Source: an uncultured Verrucomicrobiae bacterium (lineage in GTDB: Bacteria; Verrucomicrobiota; Verrucomicrobiia; Chthoniobacterales; JAATET01). From it: DNA of 64,000 bases. The stretch lies in contig CAVRCI010000013.1 of the NCBI GenBank assembly GCA_963719495.1, positions 288,001-352,000 of the forward strand. The letters run 5' to 3'. The notes beneath the pieces were generated by a model. The model did no database searches. It was not told the origin of the DNA and was given only the letters and a program-made list of their open reading frames with translations. A program made the translations under genes and the position numbers. This document shows, in pieces, positions 41,562 to 52,586 of the stretch (the first letter of the stretch is position 1; the number at the start of each line of letters is the position of its first letter).

Positions 41562-42731
41562 ATGCCGAGCTCCTCGTATTCCGTCTTTGTCGAAGGGGCT
41601 TTCACGCCCGATGCCGTCCGGACGGCGGCCGTTTCATTACGGGAGCATCTCGGCGCACCCGCGACGCTGGCGTTCGCTTTCGTGACGCCGGACTACCTCG
41701 GCAACCTCGATGAATTCATCGACACCGTCCGCGTCGACGGCCACGTGGCCGAAGTCGTCGGCTGCACCGCCTCCACGCTCATCGCCGACGGCGGCGAGAA
41801 GGAAGGTGCTTCCGGATTCGTCCTCATGGGCCTGCTCGCACCCGAATCCACCGTGCGGATCGTCGACCTGCCGACCGAAGCGATGGAGGAAGCGGTCGGC
41901 CCGGAGACTTGGAAGGAAGCCGCCTCCGGCGTCAACGGCTGGCTCGTGCTCGGCAATCCCTACGGCTTCCCAGCCGACGAATGGCTCACGGAGTGGAGCG
42001 GCGTCGCTCCCGAGGTCCCGGTGATCGGCGGGATTGCCAGTGGCGGCGAATCCGAAGGCGAAATCGCGGTTTTTCACAACTCGGACCTGATCTCCGGTGC
42101 CGTCGCCATCGGATTCTCCGGATCGCTGCAGATCGTCGCGGCGGTCAGCCAAGGCTGCCGCCCCATCGGCGAAGCGCTGCCCGTCACGAAAGCCGAAGAC
42201 AACGTCGTCTTCTCGCTCGGATCCCGCCCCGCCTACCAGGCGCTCGAGACCGCGTTCGAATCGCTCTCCGAGGACGAGCGCTCCCACGCTCAAGGCAACC
42301 TCTTCGCAGGCCTCGCGAACAACGAATACGTCGACGAATTCCGCTCCGGCGATTTCCTCATCCGCAACATTATCGGTGCCGACCCGAATTCCGGCGCCGT
42401 CGTGATCGGCGGCATTCCGCGAGTCGGCCAGACGCTGCAATACCAACTCCGCGACGGTGCCGCCGCCGACGCCGACCTCCGCAGCGTCCTCGGCGGAGTC
42501 ACTTCGGTGCATCACGACACGCCGGTCGCGTCGCTCGTGTTCAGCTGCCTCGGCCGCGGCACCCGGCTCTTCGACGAGCCAAACCACGACGCCGGCCTCG
42601 TGCAAAAAGCGCTGCAAGCCCACCCGTCGGCGGGCTTCTTCGGCAACGGCGAGATTGGTCCCATCGGCGGTCGGAATTGCGTCCACGGCTACACGGCCTC
42701 CTGCGCGCTCTTCTACGACAAACGGTTCTAA
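41562..42731 (+). CDS. FIST N/C domain signal-transduction protein
   Basis: GGIAS, VSQGCRPIG, FSCLGRG, GFFGNGEIGP. Confidence 0.9.
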   Translation: MPSSSYSVFVEGAFTPDAVRTAAVSLREHLGAPATLAFAFVTPDYLGNLDEFIDTVRVDGHVAEVVGCTASTLIADGGEKEGASGFVLMGLLAPESTVRIVDLPTEAMEEAVGPETWKEAASGVNGWLVLGNPYGFPADEWLTEWSGVAPEVPVIGGIASGGESEGEIAVFHNSDLISGAVAIGFSGSLQIVAAVSQGCRPIGEALPVTKAEDNVVFSLGSRPAYQALETAFESLSEDERSHAQGNLFAGLANNEYVDEFRSGDFLIRNIIGADPNSGAVVIGGIPRVGQTLQYQLRDGAAADADLRSVLGGVTSVHHDTPVASLVFSCLGRGTRLFDEPNHDAGLVQKALQAHPSAGFFGNGEIGPIGGRNCVHGYTASCALFYDKRF

Positions 42732-42734
42732 GCG

Positions 42735-43838
42735 ATGGCGAAAAAATCGAAGACCGGGCTGATTTTCTTCCTGCTCGCAATCGCCGCCGCGGTGGGCGGA
42801 GCGGGCTGGTATTTTCTCCAAGGTGACCTGCTGGAATCCGAAGACGAAGTGCCGGGCAACCTCATCACCCAGGCCGAGCGCCGCGACATCGAATCGAAAC
42901 TTCTGCTCTCCGGCGAAGTCATCCCCGCCTTTCAGGTCGACGTCAAACCCGAGGTCGGCGGCAAGGTCAAATCCCTCGACGTCGAGACCGGGCAGGCCGT
43001 GAAAAAGGGCGACCTCCTCGCCGTGATCGACGACACCGACCTCCTCACGGAAAAGTCCGCCGCGCTCACCGAGATCGCGGGCGCCCAACTCTCCGTCGAC
43101 AAAAACCGCGGCAACTACCAGCGTGCCAAATCGCTCTTCGACGAAAAACTCATCAGCAAGGAAGTCTACGCCAACCTCGAAGCCGACCTCCTCATCTCCG
43201 AAAACTCGTTCAAGAAAGCCGAAAGCCGCCTCCGCTCCGTCGAAGACCGCCTCAGCAAAACCCGCATCCTCGCCCCCGCCGACGGCACCATCCTCAACAT
43301 CCCCGTCAACGAAGGCCAGGTCGTCACCGCCGCCGCGAGCGTGAATTCCGGCACGCTCCTCATGACGTTCGCCGACCTCACGCGGCTCCTCATCGACACC
43401 CACGTCAACCAGATGGACGTCGCCAAGGTGAAGTCGAAGCAGGAGGTCGAAATCGAAATGCAGGGAGCCGATTCGCGCACCATCCAGGCCCGCGTCGAGT
43501 TCGTCGCCCCCCTCGCCACCGTCAAAAACAACATCAAAGGCTTCCAGGTCCAGGCTCTCATCCTCGACAACGAAGGCCGCCTCAAACCCGGCATGTCCGT
43601 CAGCATGACAGTCCCCATCGGCGCCGCCAAATCCGCGGTCAGCGTCCCGATCGCGGCGGTCTTCAGCGAGGACGACGAAAACGTCGTCTACGTGAAATCT
43701 TCGAAGGAGGGCCAGATCGCCGACCGCCGCAAGGTCACCGTGGGCCTGTCGAACCTCTCTTTCGCCGAGATCACGTCCGGCCTCGAGGAGGGCGAAGAGA
43801 TCCTCCTCGTGAACCCAAGGCTCCTCGAGTCGAGCTGA
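42735..43838 (+). CDS. Periplasmic adaptor (MacA-like membrane fusion protein)
   Basis: N-terminal TM, lipoyl-like G.V....V..GQ.VKKGD, APADG, LKPGMS. Confidence 0.9.
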   Translation: MAKKSKTGLIFFLLAIAAAVGGAGWYFLQGDLLESEDEVPGNLITQAERRDIESKLLLSGEVIPAFQVDVKPEVGGKVKSLDVETGQAVKKGDLLAVIDDTDLLTEKSAALTEIAGAQLSVDKNRGNYQRAKSLFDEKLISKEVYANLEADLLISENSFKKAESRLRSVEDRLSKTRILAPADGTILNIPVNEGQVVTAAASVNSGTLLMTFADLTRLLIDTHVNQMDVAKVKSKQEVEIEMQGADSRTIQARVEFVAPLATVKNNIKGFQVQALILDNEGRLKPGMSVSMTVPIGAAKSAVSVPIAAVFSEDDENVVYVKSSKEGQIADRRKVTVGLSNLSFAEITSGLEEGEEILLVNPRLLESS

Positions 43839-43842
43839 CGTC

Positions 43843-44553
43843 GTGGCCGCCGTCCTCGTCGACCTCGAAAACGTCCGCAAGACGTATCGCCTCGGCGACC
43901 AGGAGATCCACGCCCTCGGCGGCGTCACGCTCCAGATCCGCGAAGGCGAATTCGTCGCCATCACCGGCCCCAGCGGCAGCGGCAAATCCACCCTCATGCA
44001 CCTCCTCGGTTGCCTCGACACCCCCACCTCGGGTCGCATGGAAATCTGCGGCCACGACATCGTCGCCGCCTCGTCCGACCGGCTCTCGATGATCCGCAAC
44101 CGCGAAATCGGCTTCGTTTTCCAATCGTTCAATCTCCTCCCCCGCCTCGACGTCGTCGAAAACGTCGCCATGCCGATGATCTACGCCGGCGTCGGTCAGC
44201 GAAAGCGCCGCGCCCGCGCCCTCGAACTCGTCGAGCGAGTGGGGCTGAAAGACCGCGCCGCCAACCGTCCCACCCAGCTCAGCGGCGGCCAATGCCAGCG
44301 CGTCGCCATCGCCCGCGCCCTCGTGAACGACCCGAAAATCCTCTTCGGCGACGAGCCGACCGGCAACCTCGACAGCACCACGGGCAAAATGATCCTCGGA
44401 ATGTTCCGCGAGCTCCACGACTCCGGTCGCACGGTCGTCCTCGTCACCCACGACCCGACCGTCGCCGCGACGACTGATCGCGTGATCGAAATTCGCGACG
44501 GCGTCGTCCACCGCGTTTACGATCCACGCGAGGAAGCGAGGGCGGCGGCATGA
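43843..44553 (+). CDS. ABC transporter ATP-binding protein (MacB/LolD type)
   Basis: GPSGSGKST, LSGGQCQRVAIARAL, DEPTGNLD. Confidence 0.93.
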   Translation: MAAVLVDLENVRKTYRLGDQEIHALGGVTLQIREGEFVAITGPSGSGKSTLMHLLGCLDTPTSGRMEICGHDIVAASSDRLSMIRNREIGFVFQSFNLLPRLDVVENVAMPMIYAGVGQRKRRARALELVERVGLKDRAANRPTQLSGGQCQRVAIARALVNDPKILFGDEPTGNLDSTTGKMILGMFRELHDSGRTVVLVTHDPTVAATTDRVIEIRDGVVHRVYDPREEARAAA

Positions 44554-45866
44554 TGTTCTGGATCACCGTCGAGACCGGCGTGCGGGAGATTTTTTCGCAC
44601 AAATTCCGGAGTTTTCTCTCGATGCTCGGCATCGTCCTCGGAGTCAGCAGCCTCATCGCGACGCTGGCGCTCACCGACGGCATCGAACGCAGCTCCCGCG
44701 CCTTCATGCAGCAAATGGGGGGCATTGAAATGGTCAAAGTCGTCGACAAGGACATCTCCACCGAGAACCTCGACTTCTGGAATCTCTCGCCCGGTCGCAC
44801 CCTTCAGGATGCCGAAGCCATCCGCCGCTCCGCCCCCCTCGTCTCCTACGTCTCACCCGAATTCGACGAGGGCATGCCCGTCTCCGTCGGCGGCCAGCAG
44901 TTGCGAACCCGCGTGAGCGGCGTCTGGCCGGAATACGTCGAGGCCACCGACACCCAGCTCCAGGTCGGACGCACCATCTCCGACCTCGACGTCGAACGCG
45001 CCACCCGGACGGTCGCCATCGGAGCCACGGTCGCGGCAGAAATGTGGCCCTACCTCGCCCCGGAACAAACGATCGGAAAAACCATTTTCCTCCGCCAAAC
45101 CCCGTTCGAAGTCATCGGCGTCTTCCAGCTCTACGAGCGCGAGCGCGACAAGAAGGAGGACAAGGACAAGGAAGCCCGTCGCGCGGCCCGCGGTGCCGGC
45201 AACCGCGGCTGGGATCCCTTTCGCTGGAAGAACGAAGCCGTCATCATCCCGATCACCACGATGTTCTACGAGTTCCAGTCCGGCAAATTCCCCGAGGACT
45301 CCATCGACACCGTTCGAATCAAGGACCTCACGTTCCGCGTCGGCAACCTCGACAACTTCGAAGCCACCCTCGAGCAGGTCCGCGCCGCCCTCGTGAAAAC
45401 CCACCGGGGCGTCGACGATTTCGGCTTCGATACCCGCGAAGATTGGTTCGACAACATGAACTCCCAGATCGCCGCGACCCGCACGAGCGGCGGACTCATC
45501 GCCGGCATCAGCCTCCTGGTCGGCGGCATCGGGATCGCGAACATCATGCTCGCCAGCATCTCCGAGCGCGTCCGCGAGATCGGCATCCGCCGAGCCGTCG
45601 GCGCCCGGGGGCGCGACATCTTCCTCCAAATCATCATCGAAAGCGTCTCGACCGCGCTGATGGGCGGCGTGCTCGGAGTCTTCGTTGGCTTCGGGCTCAT
45701 CGAGCTCATCGGCATTCTCGCTCCCAGCGACAGTCCGCCCTTTGTGAAAGCGGGCAGCATCGTGCTTAGCGTCGTCTTCGCCGCCGTCGCCGGAATCCTC
45801 TCCGGCATCTATCCCGCCATGCAAGCCTCCCGCCTCGATCCCATCCAAGCCCTCCGCTACGAGTAG
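44550..45866 (+). CDS. ABC transporter permease (MacB/FtsX type)
   Basis: RSFLSMLGI, VGGIGIANIML.S..ER.REIGIR.AVGA, LDPIQALRYE. Confidence 0.93.
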   Translation: MMFWITVETGVREIFSHKFRSFLSMLGIVLGVSSLIATLALTDGIERSSRAFMQQMGGIEMVKVVDKDISTENLDFWNLSPGRTLQDAEAIRRSAPLVSYVSPEFDEGMPVSVGGQQLRTRVSGVWPEYVEATDTQLQVGRTISDLDVERATRTVAIGATVAAEMWPYLAPEQTIGKTIFLRQTPFEVIGVFQLYERERDKKEDKDKEARRAARGAGNRGWDPFRWKNEAVIIPITTMFYEFQSGKFPEDSIDTVRIKDLTFRVGNLDNFEATLEQVRAALVKTHRGVDDFGFDTREDWFDNMNSQIAATRTSGGLIAGISLLVGGIGIANIMLASISERVREIGIRRAVGARGRDIFLQIIIESVSTALMGGVLGVFVGFGLIELIGILAPSDSPPFVKAGSIVLSVVFAAVAGILSGIYPAMQASRLDPIQALRYE

Positions 45867-45990
45867 AACGGCCTCCCGCCGTCCGTGCCCATCGGCTTCC
45901 AGCCGATCACCAAACCCTCATCGACTGGAAGCCGCACTCACTCGATCGGCCGGAAGCCGGGTCCCCGGGAACGCCGACCTTCCCCCGACG

Positions 45991-46662
45991 CTAATCCGCC
46001 AGGTGCGAGAAATCGTGGTCCACGAACTCCCCAATCCGCCCCAGCGTAATATCGGCCGCCGGGAACCTGTCTTCCACCCCCGCCTCGGTCGCATAGTGCC
46101 CCTGTTTCACGAAGACCGTCGTCAGCCGATCGCCCCAGATCTCCTTCATCGCCGTAAGAATCCGCAGTTTGTCGTCGAGCATTACGTAATGATCCGCCGG
46201 ATGCACCGACTCGACGTATTCCAGACTCTGCTCCTTGTGGATGAGAATGATCACGCTCCGGCGGACCGCCTCGAAGATCCCGGAGCGCTCGACCTTCCTG
46301 GGCTGAAACACCGCGTCACCGTCTGACAGAACGACGGCTTTTCCAAAAGACTGCGCGTGCTCGATCGCATCGAGCGAACCCGGATAAAGCCGATTCGCGA
46401 AGGGGTAGTCCACCAGGTAGCTCGACATCCGGAGCAGCCGCGCATCGTGCAGCTCCTCGAGGCGGTAGCGCTGAAGCGTCTGGAGGTAATCCGCGTAACC
46501 CTGCTCGGCGCGAAGTTCCTCGAAAATCTCCCAGTAGCGGTCGCAAACCTCCCCGCCGAAGTGATCGAGATACTTGTGCAGGTCGGCGGTAACCTTGTCG
46601 TTGTCGAGGAGGGTATTGTCGACGTCGAAGAAGAAGACGACCTTTTCGCGGGGCTTGCTCAT
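45991..46662 (-). CDS. HAD family hydrolase
   Basis: FDVDNTL motif I, LSDGD, DDK. Confidence 0.85.
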   Translation of the reverse strand: MSKPREKVVFFFDVDNTLLDNDKVTADLHKYLDHFGGEVCDRYWEIFEELRAEQGYADYLQTLQRYRLEELHDARLLRMSSYLVDYPFANRLYPGSLDAIEHAQSFGKAVVLSDGDAVFQPRKVERSGIFEAVRRSVIILIHKEQSLEYVESVHPADHYVMLDDKLRILTAMKEIWGDRLTTVFVKQGHYATEAGVEDRFPAADITLGRIGEFVDHDFSHLAD

Positions 46663-46740
46663 ATTTGAATCCTATTCGGACGCATCATCCGTGTGAATCC
46701 GCGTTCATCCGTATTAATCCGTATTAATCCGTGGTTGAAA

Positions 46741-48384
46741 TCACCCCGCCGCGAAGGCGGTCGCCAGAATCTCCTGAGCCTCGGTTTGGATGCGTTTGAG
46801 GTGGTCCGCATCGCGGAAACTTTCGCCGTAGATTTTGTAAACTTCCTCGGTGCCGGACGGGCGGGCGGCGAACCAGCCGGACTCCGTCTCGACCTTGAGC
46901 CCACCGATCGCCGCTCCGTTGCCCGGCGCTTCGGTGAGCCGGCGGGTGATCGGCTCGCCCGCGAGTTCCGTCGCCGGGACCTGGTCGGGCGTGAGGTTTT
47001 TGAGGATCTTCTTCTGCGCGGCATTCGCCGGGGCGTCGATCCGCTCGTAAACGGGTGCGCCGAATTCCCGGGTGAGATCGGCGTAGTGCTCGCCGGGGTC
47101 GCGCCCGGTCTTCGCCGTAATCTCGGCCGCCAGCAAACCGAGAATGAGCCCGTCCTTATCGGTCGTCCAAACCCCGCCTTCGCGCCGCAGGAACGAAGCC
47201 CCCGCGCTCTCCTCGCCGCCGAAGCCAAGGCTGCCGTCGAAGAGCCCGTCGACGAACCACTTGAACCCAACCGGCACCTCACGAAGCGGACGACCCAGCT
47301 TCGCCGCGACCCGGTCGATCATCGAACTGCTGACCGCCGTCTTGCCGATTCCCGCGTTCGCAGGCCAATTCGGGCGGTTGGAGAAGAGGTAGGAGATCGC
47401 CACGGCGAGAAAGTGGTTGGGGTTCATCAGCCCCGCGCTCGGCGTCACGATCCCGTGGCGATCCGCGTCGGTATCGTTCGCGAAGGCGACGTCGAATTTG
47501 TCCTTGAGACCGATCAGCCCCGCCATCGCGGACGGCGACGAGCAATCCATCCGAATCTTCCCGTCCCAATCCACGGTCATGAATCGAAACGTCGGATCAA
47601 CGTCGCCGTTTTGAATGGTGAGGTCCAATCCATACTTTTCGGCTATGGGACCCCAGTAGGCCACCGACGCGTTCCCCAAGCAATCCACGCCGATCTTGAG
47701 ACCAGCGTTCTTGATGACGTCCAAATCGATCACCGCGCCAAGGTCGCCGACGTAGGCCGCCACGTAATCGAACTTCTCCGTGGTGTCGGCGGCAAGGGCC
47801 TTGGTGAGAGAGATGCGCTTCACGCCGGCGCGACCGGCGGCGAGCAGTTCGTTCGCGCGGTTCTGGACCCAACCGGTGATGTCGGTGTCGGCGGGGCCGC
47901 CGTTCGGCGGATTGTATTTGAACCCACCATCGCCCGGAGGATTGTGCGACGGCGTGATGACGATGCCGTCAGCGAGGCCGGAGGTGCGCCCGGCGTTGTG
48001 CGCGAGAATCGCGTGGGAAATCGCGGGGGTCGGCACGTAACCGTCGGCGGCGTCGATGCGGATGCTCACGCCGTTGGCAGCAAGCACCTCGAGCGCCGTC
48101 GCGTGGGCGGCCTCGGAAAGCGGGTGGGTGTCCATCCCGAGGTAAAGCGGGCCGTCGATGCCGTTGGTGGCGCGGTATTCACAGATAGCCTGAGTCGTCG
48201 CCAGGATGTGGTCCTCGTTGAACGTCCGCCGCGTCGCGGTCCCGCGGTGGCCGGAGGTGCCGAAGCTCACTCGCGCCGCGGGATTGCCGGGATCAGGCTG
48301 ATCGGAAAAGTAGGCCGTGAGAAGGCGCGGAACGTTCGTGAGGATCGAAGCGGGAGCGGGTTGACCAGCGAGCGGCGAGTTCAT
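46741..48384 (-). CDS. pgm: Phosphoglucomutase (alpha-D-glucose-1,6-bisphosphate-dependent)
   Basis: [33 protein letters not shown]. Confidence 0.97.
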   Translation of the reverse strand: MNSPLAGQPAPASILTNVPRLLTAYFSDQPDPGNPAARVSFGTSGHRGTATRRTFNEDHILATTQAICEYRATNGIDGPLYLGMDTHPLSEAAHATALEVLAANGVSIRIDAADGYVPTPAISHAILAHNAGRTSGLADGIVITPSHNPPGDGGFKYNPPNGGPADTDITGWVQNRANELLAAGRAGVKRISLTKALAADTTEKFDYVAAYVGDLGAVIDLDVIKNAGLKIGVDCLGNASVAYWGPIAEKYGLDLTIQNGDVDPTFRFMTVDWDGKIRMDCSSPSAMAGLIGLKDKFDVAFANDTDADRHGIVTPSAGLMNPNHFLAVAISYLFSNRPNWPANAGIGKTAVSSSMIDRVAAKLGRPLREVPVGFKWFVDGLFDGSLGFGGEESAGASFLRREGGVWTTDKDGLILGLLAAEITAKTGRDPGEHYADLTREFGAPVYERIDAPANAAQKKILKNLTPDQVPATELAGEPITRRLTEAPGNGAAIGGLKVETESGWFAARPSGTEEVYKIYGESFRDADHLKRIQTEAQEILATAFAAG

Positions 48385-48520
48385 GGGACCGAGCCTAGCA
48401 AAGTCGCGCCGTCCGCCAATTCCCGAGTTTTGGCTGATTCCTCGGTGACGCGAACGAACTCACGATTCGATTACAATTTTTCTGAAATCATTACGAAATT
48501 CCGGAAGTAGAAAATAATCA

Positions 48521-50083
48521 TTACGTTGCTTGCCCTCCCGAGACCCCCGCGACGACCGATTCTAGGGCAGCGATTTCCTGGTCCGTCAGTCGTTCGAACT
48601 CCACGGACTGCCGCTTTCGCGCTGAAAGACGGCCACCATTCTGTCGACAGAGCTTCACGAACAGATCGGCGATCCGGTTCGGCAGGTCGACGATGTCTCG
48701 CATCCTCTGTCGAATTTCGTCGTTTGCTGCCAGGTAACCAAGTTCGGTCGGTAATTCTTCCTCGATGGTCTCGCGGATGAAATCGATTCCGATGCGGGTC
48801 AGGTCGGTGCAGTCGATGTAGCGGTAGAAGTCGATGGTCTCGTTGGTGACGGTCATCCGCTGCCGATCATCGAGCGTGTATTCCACCCGCTTCATGAGAG
48901 GCCGCGAGAAGCTCTCGAGTGCCTGATCGTAGAGCGACGGGCGATTGAGAATCACGGCGGATACCGGCAGGATAATCCCTTCGGGTCCAAAGCCATTCCT
49001 GGCCAGAACGTGGTGCAGGAGGAATCGATGAATTCGACCATTTCCGTCGCTGAACGGATGAAGAAAATCGAATGCGAAGGAAATGACGACCGCCGCGACC
49101 AAGGTCGGGACTTCCGATCGGATGACCGCCTCCTTCTCCCGGAGCCGGATGCGCCGCGTGGTAATTTGTTTGGCCATCATCAAGAAACCATTCATGAGTT
49201 CGTCGAGATCGTCGGGTTTGGGCGCGGCATAGTGAATCCGCTCCAAGCCCGACGCGAGCGTCTCTCCCACGTAAACCTGACGATCATCGTCCTCCCGATC
49301 GCTTCGCCAACCAGGGTCGGCGTAGCGCGCATCGACGATGGCTTGGTGCAGCTCGACCAGAGATTCCTTCTTCAGGAAACTTCGGTGCCAAGCCTGCTCC
49401 AAGAGACTGATGAAGACCTCGGCTCGCCGGTGCGCTGGAGTCTCGCGTTCGATCTCGTGGCTACTGCGACTCTCCTTCGCGTAGAGGAAGCGGACCGCTC
49501 GCTGGAAGATATCTGGCGGGTATTTTCCCACGATTTCCTGACAGCGCGCCTTGAGCGTTTGCTCGTCCTGCGACCGGAACCCAGCGCAGCGGACCATCGG
49601 TGAGAACGTCAGACTTCCCAAAAGGTTCACGTTGATCCGTTGGCGTTTCGCTCTCCGGACGGGACCGGTCACGTAAAGGGCGGAATCGAGCAGATCCACG
49701 TAGTTTCCCTGCGATAGATTCGGGATCGGCAGGTCCTGGTTTGTAAACGACTCGAACAGCCACCAAATCACGCGCGCATACCGCCCGGTCGGGCGGCTCT
49801 TGACGAACTCGGTGAGTTCCTCTGGTGACAGAAGCGGAAGCAGTTTCCGGAGGAGTTCCAGGTGTAAACCCTCTCGGCGGAGAGCGAACTCGAGTTGAGA
49901 AAAGGTGTCCTCGCCCGGATGCTGAGAAGCGTTGAGATACTCGATCACCCGGCCTTCCTTTTCGACGGTCCGACGGGCACCGCGGCGAAGCGCGCGGCTT
50001 TCCACCCAATGCGGCATCACTTTGATTCGGAAGGTTTCTGCCAACCAAAGGTAGCCGAGCGGGTTACTTTTTGGCGTTGCCAC
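48521..50083 (-). CDS. Fic family protein
   Basis: HPFSDGNGRIHR motif; ESRSSHEIE. Confidence 0.9.
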   Translation of the reverse strand: MATPKSNPLGYLWLAETFRIKVMPHWVESRALRRGARRTVEKEGRVIEYLNASQHPGEDTFSQLEFALRREGLHLELLRKLLPLLSPEELTEFVKSRPTGRYARVIWWLFESFTNQDLPIPNLSQGNYVDLLDSALYVTGPVRRAKRQRINVNLLGSLTFSPMVRCAGFRSQDEQTLKARCQEIVGKYPPDIFQRAVRFLYAKESRSSHEIERETPAHRRAEVFISLLEQAWHRSFLKKESLVELHQAIVDARYADPGWRSDREDDDRQVYVGETLASGLERIHYAAPKPDDLDELMNGFLMMAKQITTRRIRLREKEAVIRSEVPTLVAAVVISFAFDFLHPFSDGNGRIHRFLLHHVLARNGFGPEGIILPVSAVILNRPSLYDQALESFSRPLMKRVEYTLDDRQRMTVTNETIDFYRYIDCTDLTRIGIDFIRETIEEELPTELGYLAANDEIRQRMRDIVDLPNRIADLFVKLCRQNGGRLSARKRQSVEFERLTDQEIAALESVVAGVSGGQAT

Positions 50084-50178
50084 TATTCCGAGATTACAAA
50101 CCTTCCGAAATCATTACAATAGAGGGTTTATTTTCAAATTGATTTACGCCTTTCGTCGTATACGGCGGCCGCGAACTT

Positions 50179-50212
50179 AAAAAAACGGCGATCCTTGGAG
50201 GATCGCCGTTTT
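50179..50212 (-). terminator. Intrinsic terminator downstream of ferritin-like gene
   Basis: Hairpin AAAACGGCGATCCT-TGG-AGGATCGCCGTTTT followed by a U-tract on the minus strand. Confidence 0.75.
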
Positions 50213-50234
50213 GAAATTGGGAATGGTGACGAAA

Positions 50235-50744
50235 TTACGCGTGAGCGGCTTCGGCGTTGACGCCGCTGGAGAGAAATCCCCCCTGGGCGATCTTGTCGAG
50301 CTTCTCGTCGGCCGAGTATTCTTCGTCGAGTGTCTTCTGGAGCAGATCGGCGATGTCGCCGAGGTCGAGTTGCTTGGCGAGGGTCCGGGCGGTGCCGTAG
50401 CCAGCGATCTCGTAGTGCTCCACCCGCTGGGCGGCACCGATGAGCGCGGCGTCGATGACGGCTGGATCGCCGGTGGCAGCGATGATCTGCTCGCCTTCCT
50501 TCACGAGACCCTGGGTGGCCTCGCACGTCTCTCCGTCGTAGCGGGCACCGAGCTTGGAGTAGACCTCGTCGAGGCGGCGCTGTTGTTCGAGTGTCTCGTC
50601 GAGGTGCGCGGCGAAAGCGTCCTTGAGATCGGGGTGAGTGGCGGCGATTTGCATCTTCGGCAGAAGCTCGGCGATGCGGCGTTCGGCGTCGTAGAGGTCG
50701 TTGATTTCGGCGAGGAGGAGATCGTTGAGGGTATTGAGTTGCAT
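50235..50744 (-). CDS. Ferritin-like YciE/YciF (DUF892) stress protein
   Basis: DLYDAE, H..ET..Q, QRVEHYEIAGYG, EE..AD; start ATG 50744. Confidence 0.9.
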   Translation of the reverse strand: MQLNTLNDLLLAEINDLYDAERRIAELLPKMQIAATHPDLKDAFAAHLDETLEQQRRLDEVYSKLGARYDGETCEATQGLVKEGEQIIAATGDPAVIDAALIGAAQRVEHYEIAGYGTARTLAKQLDLGDIADLLQKTLDEEYSADEKLDKIAQGGFLSSGVNAEAAHA

Positions 50745-51142
50745 GGTATTGAATCGGTTGGTGGGTTTGAAGTGACGCGGTTGGATCGCATCCGACCCTG
50801 GGATCGCGCGGGTGCGGGGAAGGAATTTGAGGACGAACATCGGAGCGTCGGGAGGACAAGGGGTCGACGCCCTGAGACCCATCGGGAGGGCAGGATGCCC
50901 TCCCCCCCTCACGTTCTGGTCTTCGAAGAGATCCCCGATCTATGATGCGCGCCAGGATGTAGAAGGCAAAACTCGCCCGAGGTCTGCGCCTGAACGTCTC
51001 AGCTGACGAAGGCGAAAAGCGCTTCCACAACAGGATCCGAAAGAACGTTCGGACCAGCGGCATCATCGCGCCTGAATTCGCCGCCAGTTGGAACAGATCA
51101 TACCTAATCTTGCAATGTCACCTGGTCACACCGCGTTGCGTG

Positions 51143-52339
51143 TCAGCGCTTACCGCGAATTACCACGCTTCCCTTCTTTTTCGTGGATACCGTTGCGTTG
51201 GAAGCATTGACGACTGTGAGGGTGGTCCGGATCTTCCGCTCACGGCCGGGGCGGCGGCGAGTTTTGACGCGGAAGACGACCCGGGCGGATTCACCCGGTC
51301 CAAGATTCGGAGTGGCGGCGTTGTTGTTCAGAAGCGACCGCGTGATTTCCCGCCCATTGAGCTTGAAAACACGTTCAAGTTGCCGCGGGGGGGTGGACCG
51401 TTCGCCGTTGGCCTCCCCCTCCCGGGGTTGTGTCGTCCGCCCGCGGAACAAATAGGTCTCCGCGGAGGCGGACCGATTGGTGATCACGAAGGTCGCGCGG
51501 GTCCGGGGGCGGTTGCTGACCACGCGAACGGAAGCGGGGATTTGACCATCGACGTTGGGGACGGGCCTCGGCTAAGGACTTGCAAACGGTTGGTTGAGGG
51601 CGGTTTCGATAGGCGCGAGTCCATCGGTAAGGAATGCGGTATTCACGTTGCCAGCTGGATCGAGAATGACGGTCGTTATGTCGCTCAAGGCGTCGGCCGG
51701 CGTGCCTCGCCCACCGCCGCTCCCGGCAATATTGCGCGCCGTGGAGAAGTAAACCAAGCTTGCGGTGGCTCCCGGCTCGATCGAGAAATTCGCTCCGCTG
51801 GCCACGCTCTCCGGGACGACGGTCAGAGTGGGAAGGACGGTCGCAGCGGCGCTCGCGACAATCGTTCCCAGCGCGGGATCGTTGTTGCTCGTCGGGCTGT
51901 CGGCGCTCACGGCCCAACGAATCAGGGGCGCGGAAGCAAAAACAAAGTTATTATCATCGTCAGCGCCCACGCCGCCGCCGAATGACGTCGAGACCGGCAC
52001 GGCGGTCGCGTTGTTGTTCGTGAGTCTAATCCACCAACGAACAAACCGAAAATCGGTGTTGCCGCCAAACGTGCCGAGCGACTGGTAACCCGTCAGTCGG
52101 ACCGAGACATCGATGCCGCCGATGTCCTGGGTAGCGGTATTTTAGATTGGATCACTTCCCGTGACCGCCCCGCGGAAAAAAGTCCCGTTGACGGCCAGTC
52201 GACCCCAGTCGTCGAAGATGTCACCTCCCCCATCCCGGATGACCGCCCCGGCTTCGACCTGGCCGTTGAGGACAATGGCGGACGCGGTTGAGACGACGGA
52301 GAAAGTGACCAAACAGGAGAGAAGAGCAATTAGTTTCAT
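51143..52339 (-). pseudogene. Secreted protein gene interrupted by two in-frame stops (TAA 52142-52144, TAG 51572-51574)
   Basis: ORFs 52142-52339, 51572-52000 and 51143-51523 share one frame; the intervening sequence translates without stops; signal peptide MKLIALLS... Confidence 0.75.
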
Positions 52340-52586
52340 AACTTCGGGGGGACGGAACTTCGTGGATCAGAACACAATTGCAACCACAGATCATTCCCAG
52401 TCGTGCCGCTCTTGATCTGCGACCGATGGGAAACCGGGTTCCTAGCCGCGCCCGGAAACAGCGGGCCGCCGCTGCTCAAATGTGACAACGTGAACGAACA
52501 AACCCTCCTTTGGCTATTGGAGCCGTAATGCGTGGGTGTGCGGCGCGCTGCTCGACAATGCGTCCGCGTTACGGGAAAATCTTTGG

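Noticed and set aside
46690..46736. ATCCGTATTA-like 10-mer tandem between pgm and the HAD gene
   Set aside because: Short degenerate intergenic repeat with no evidence of function.
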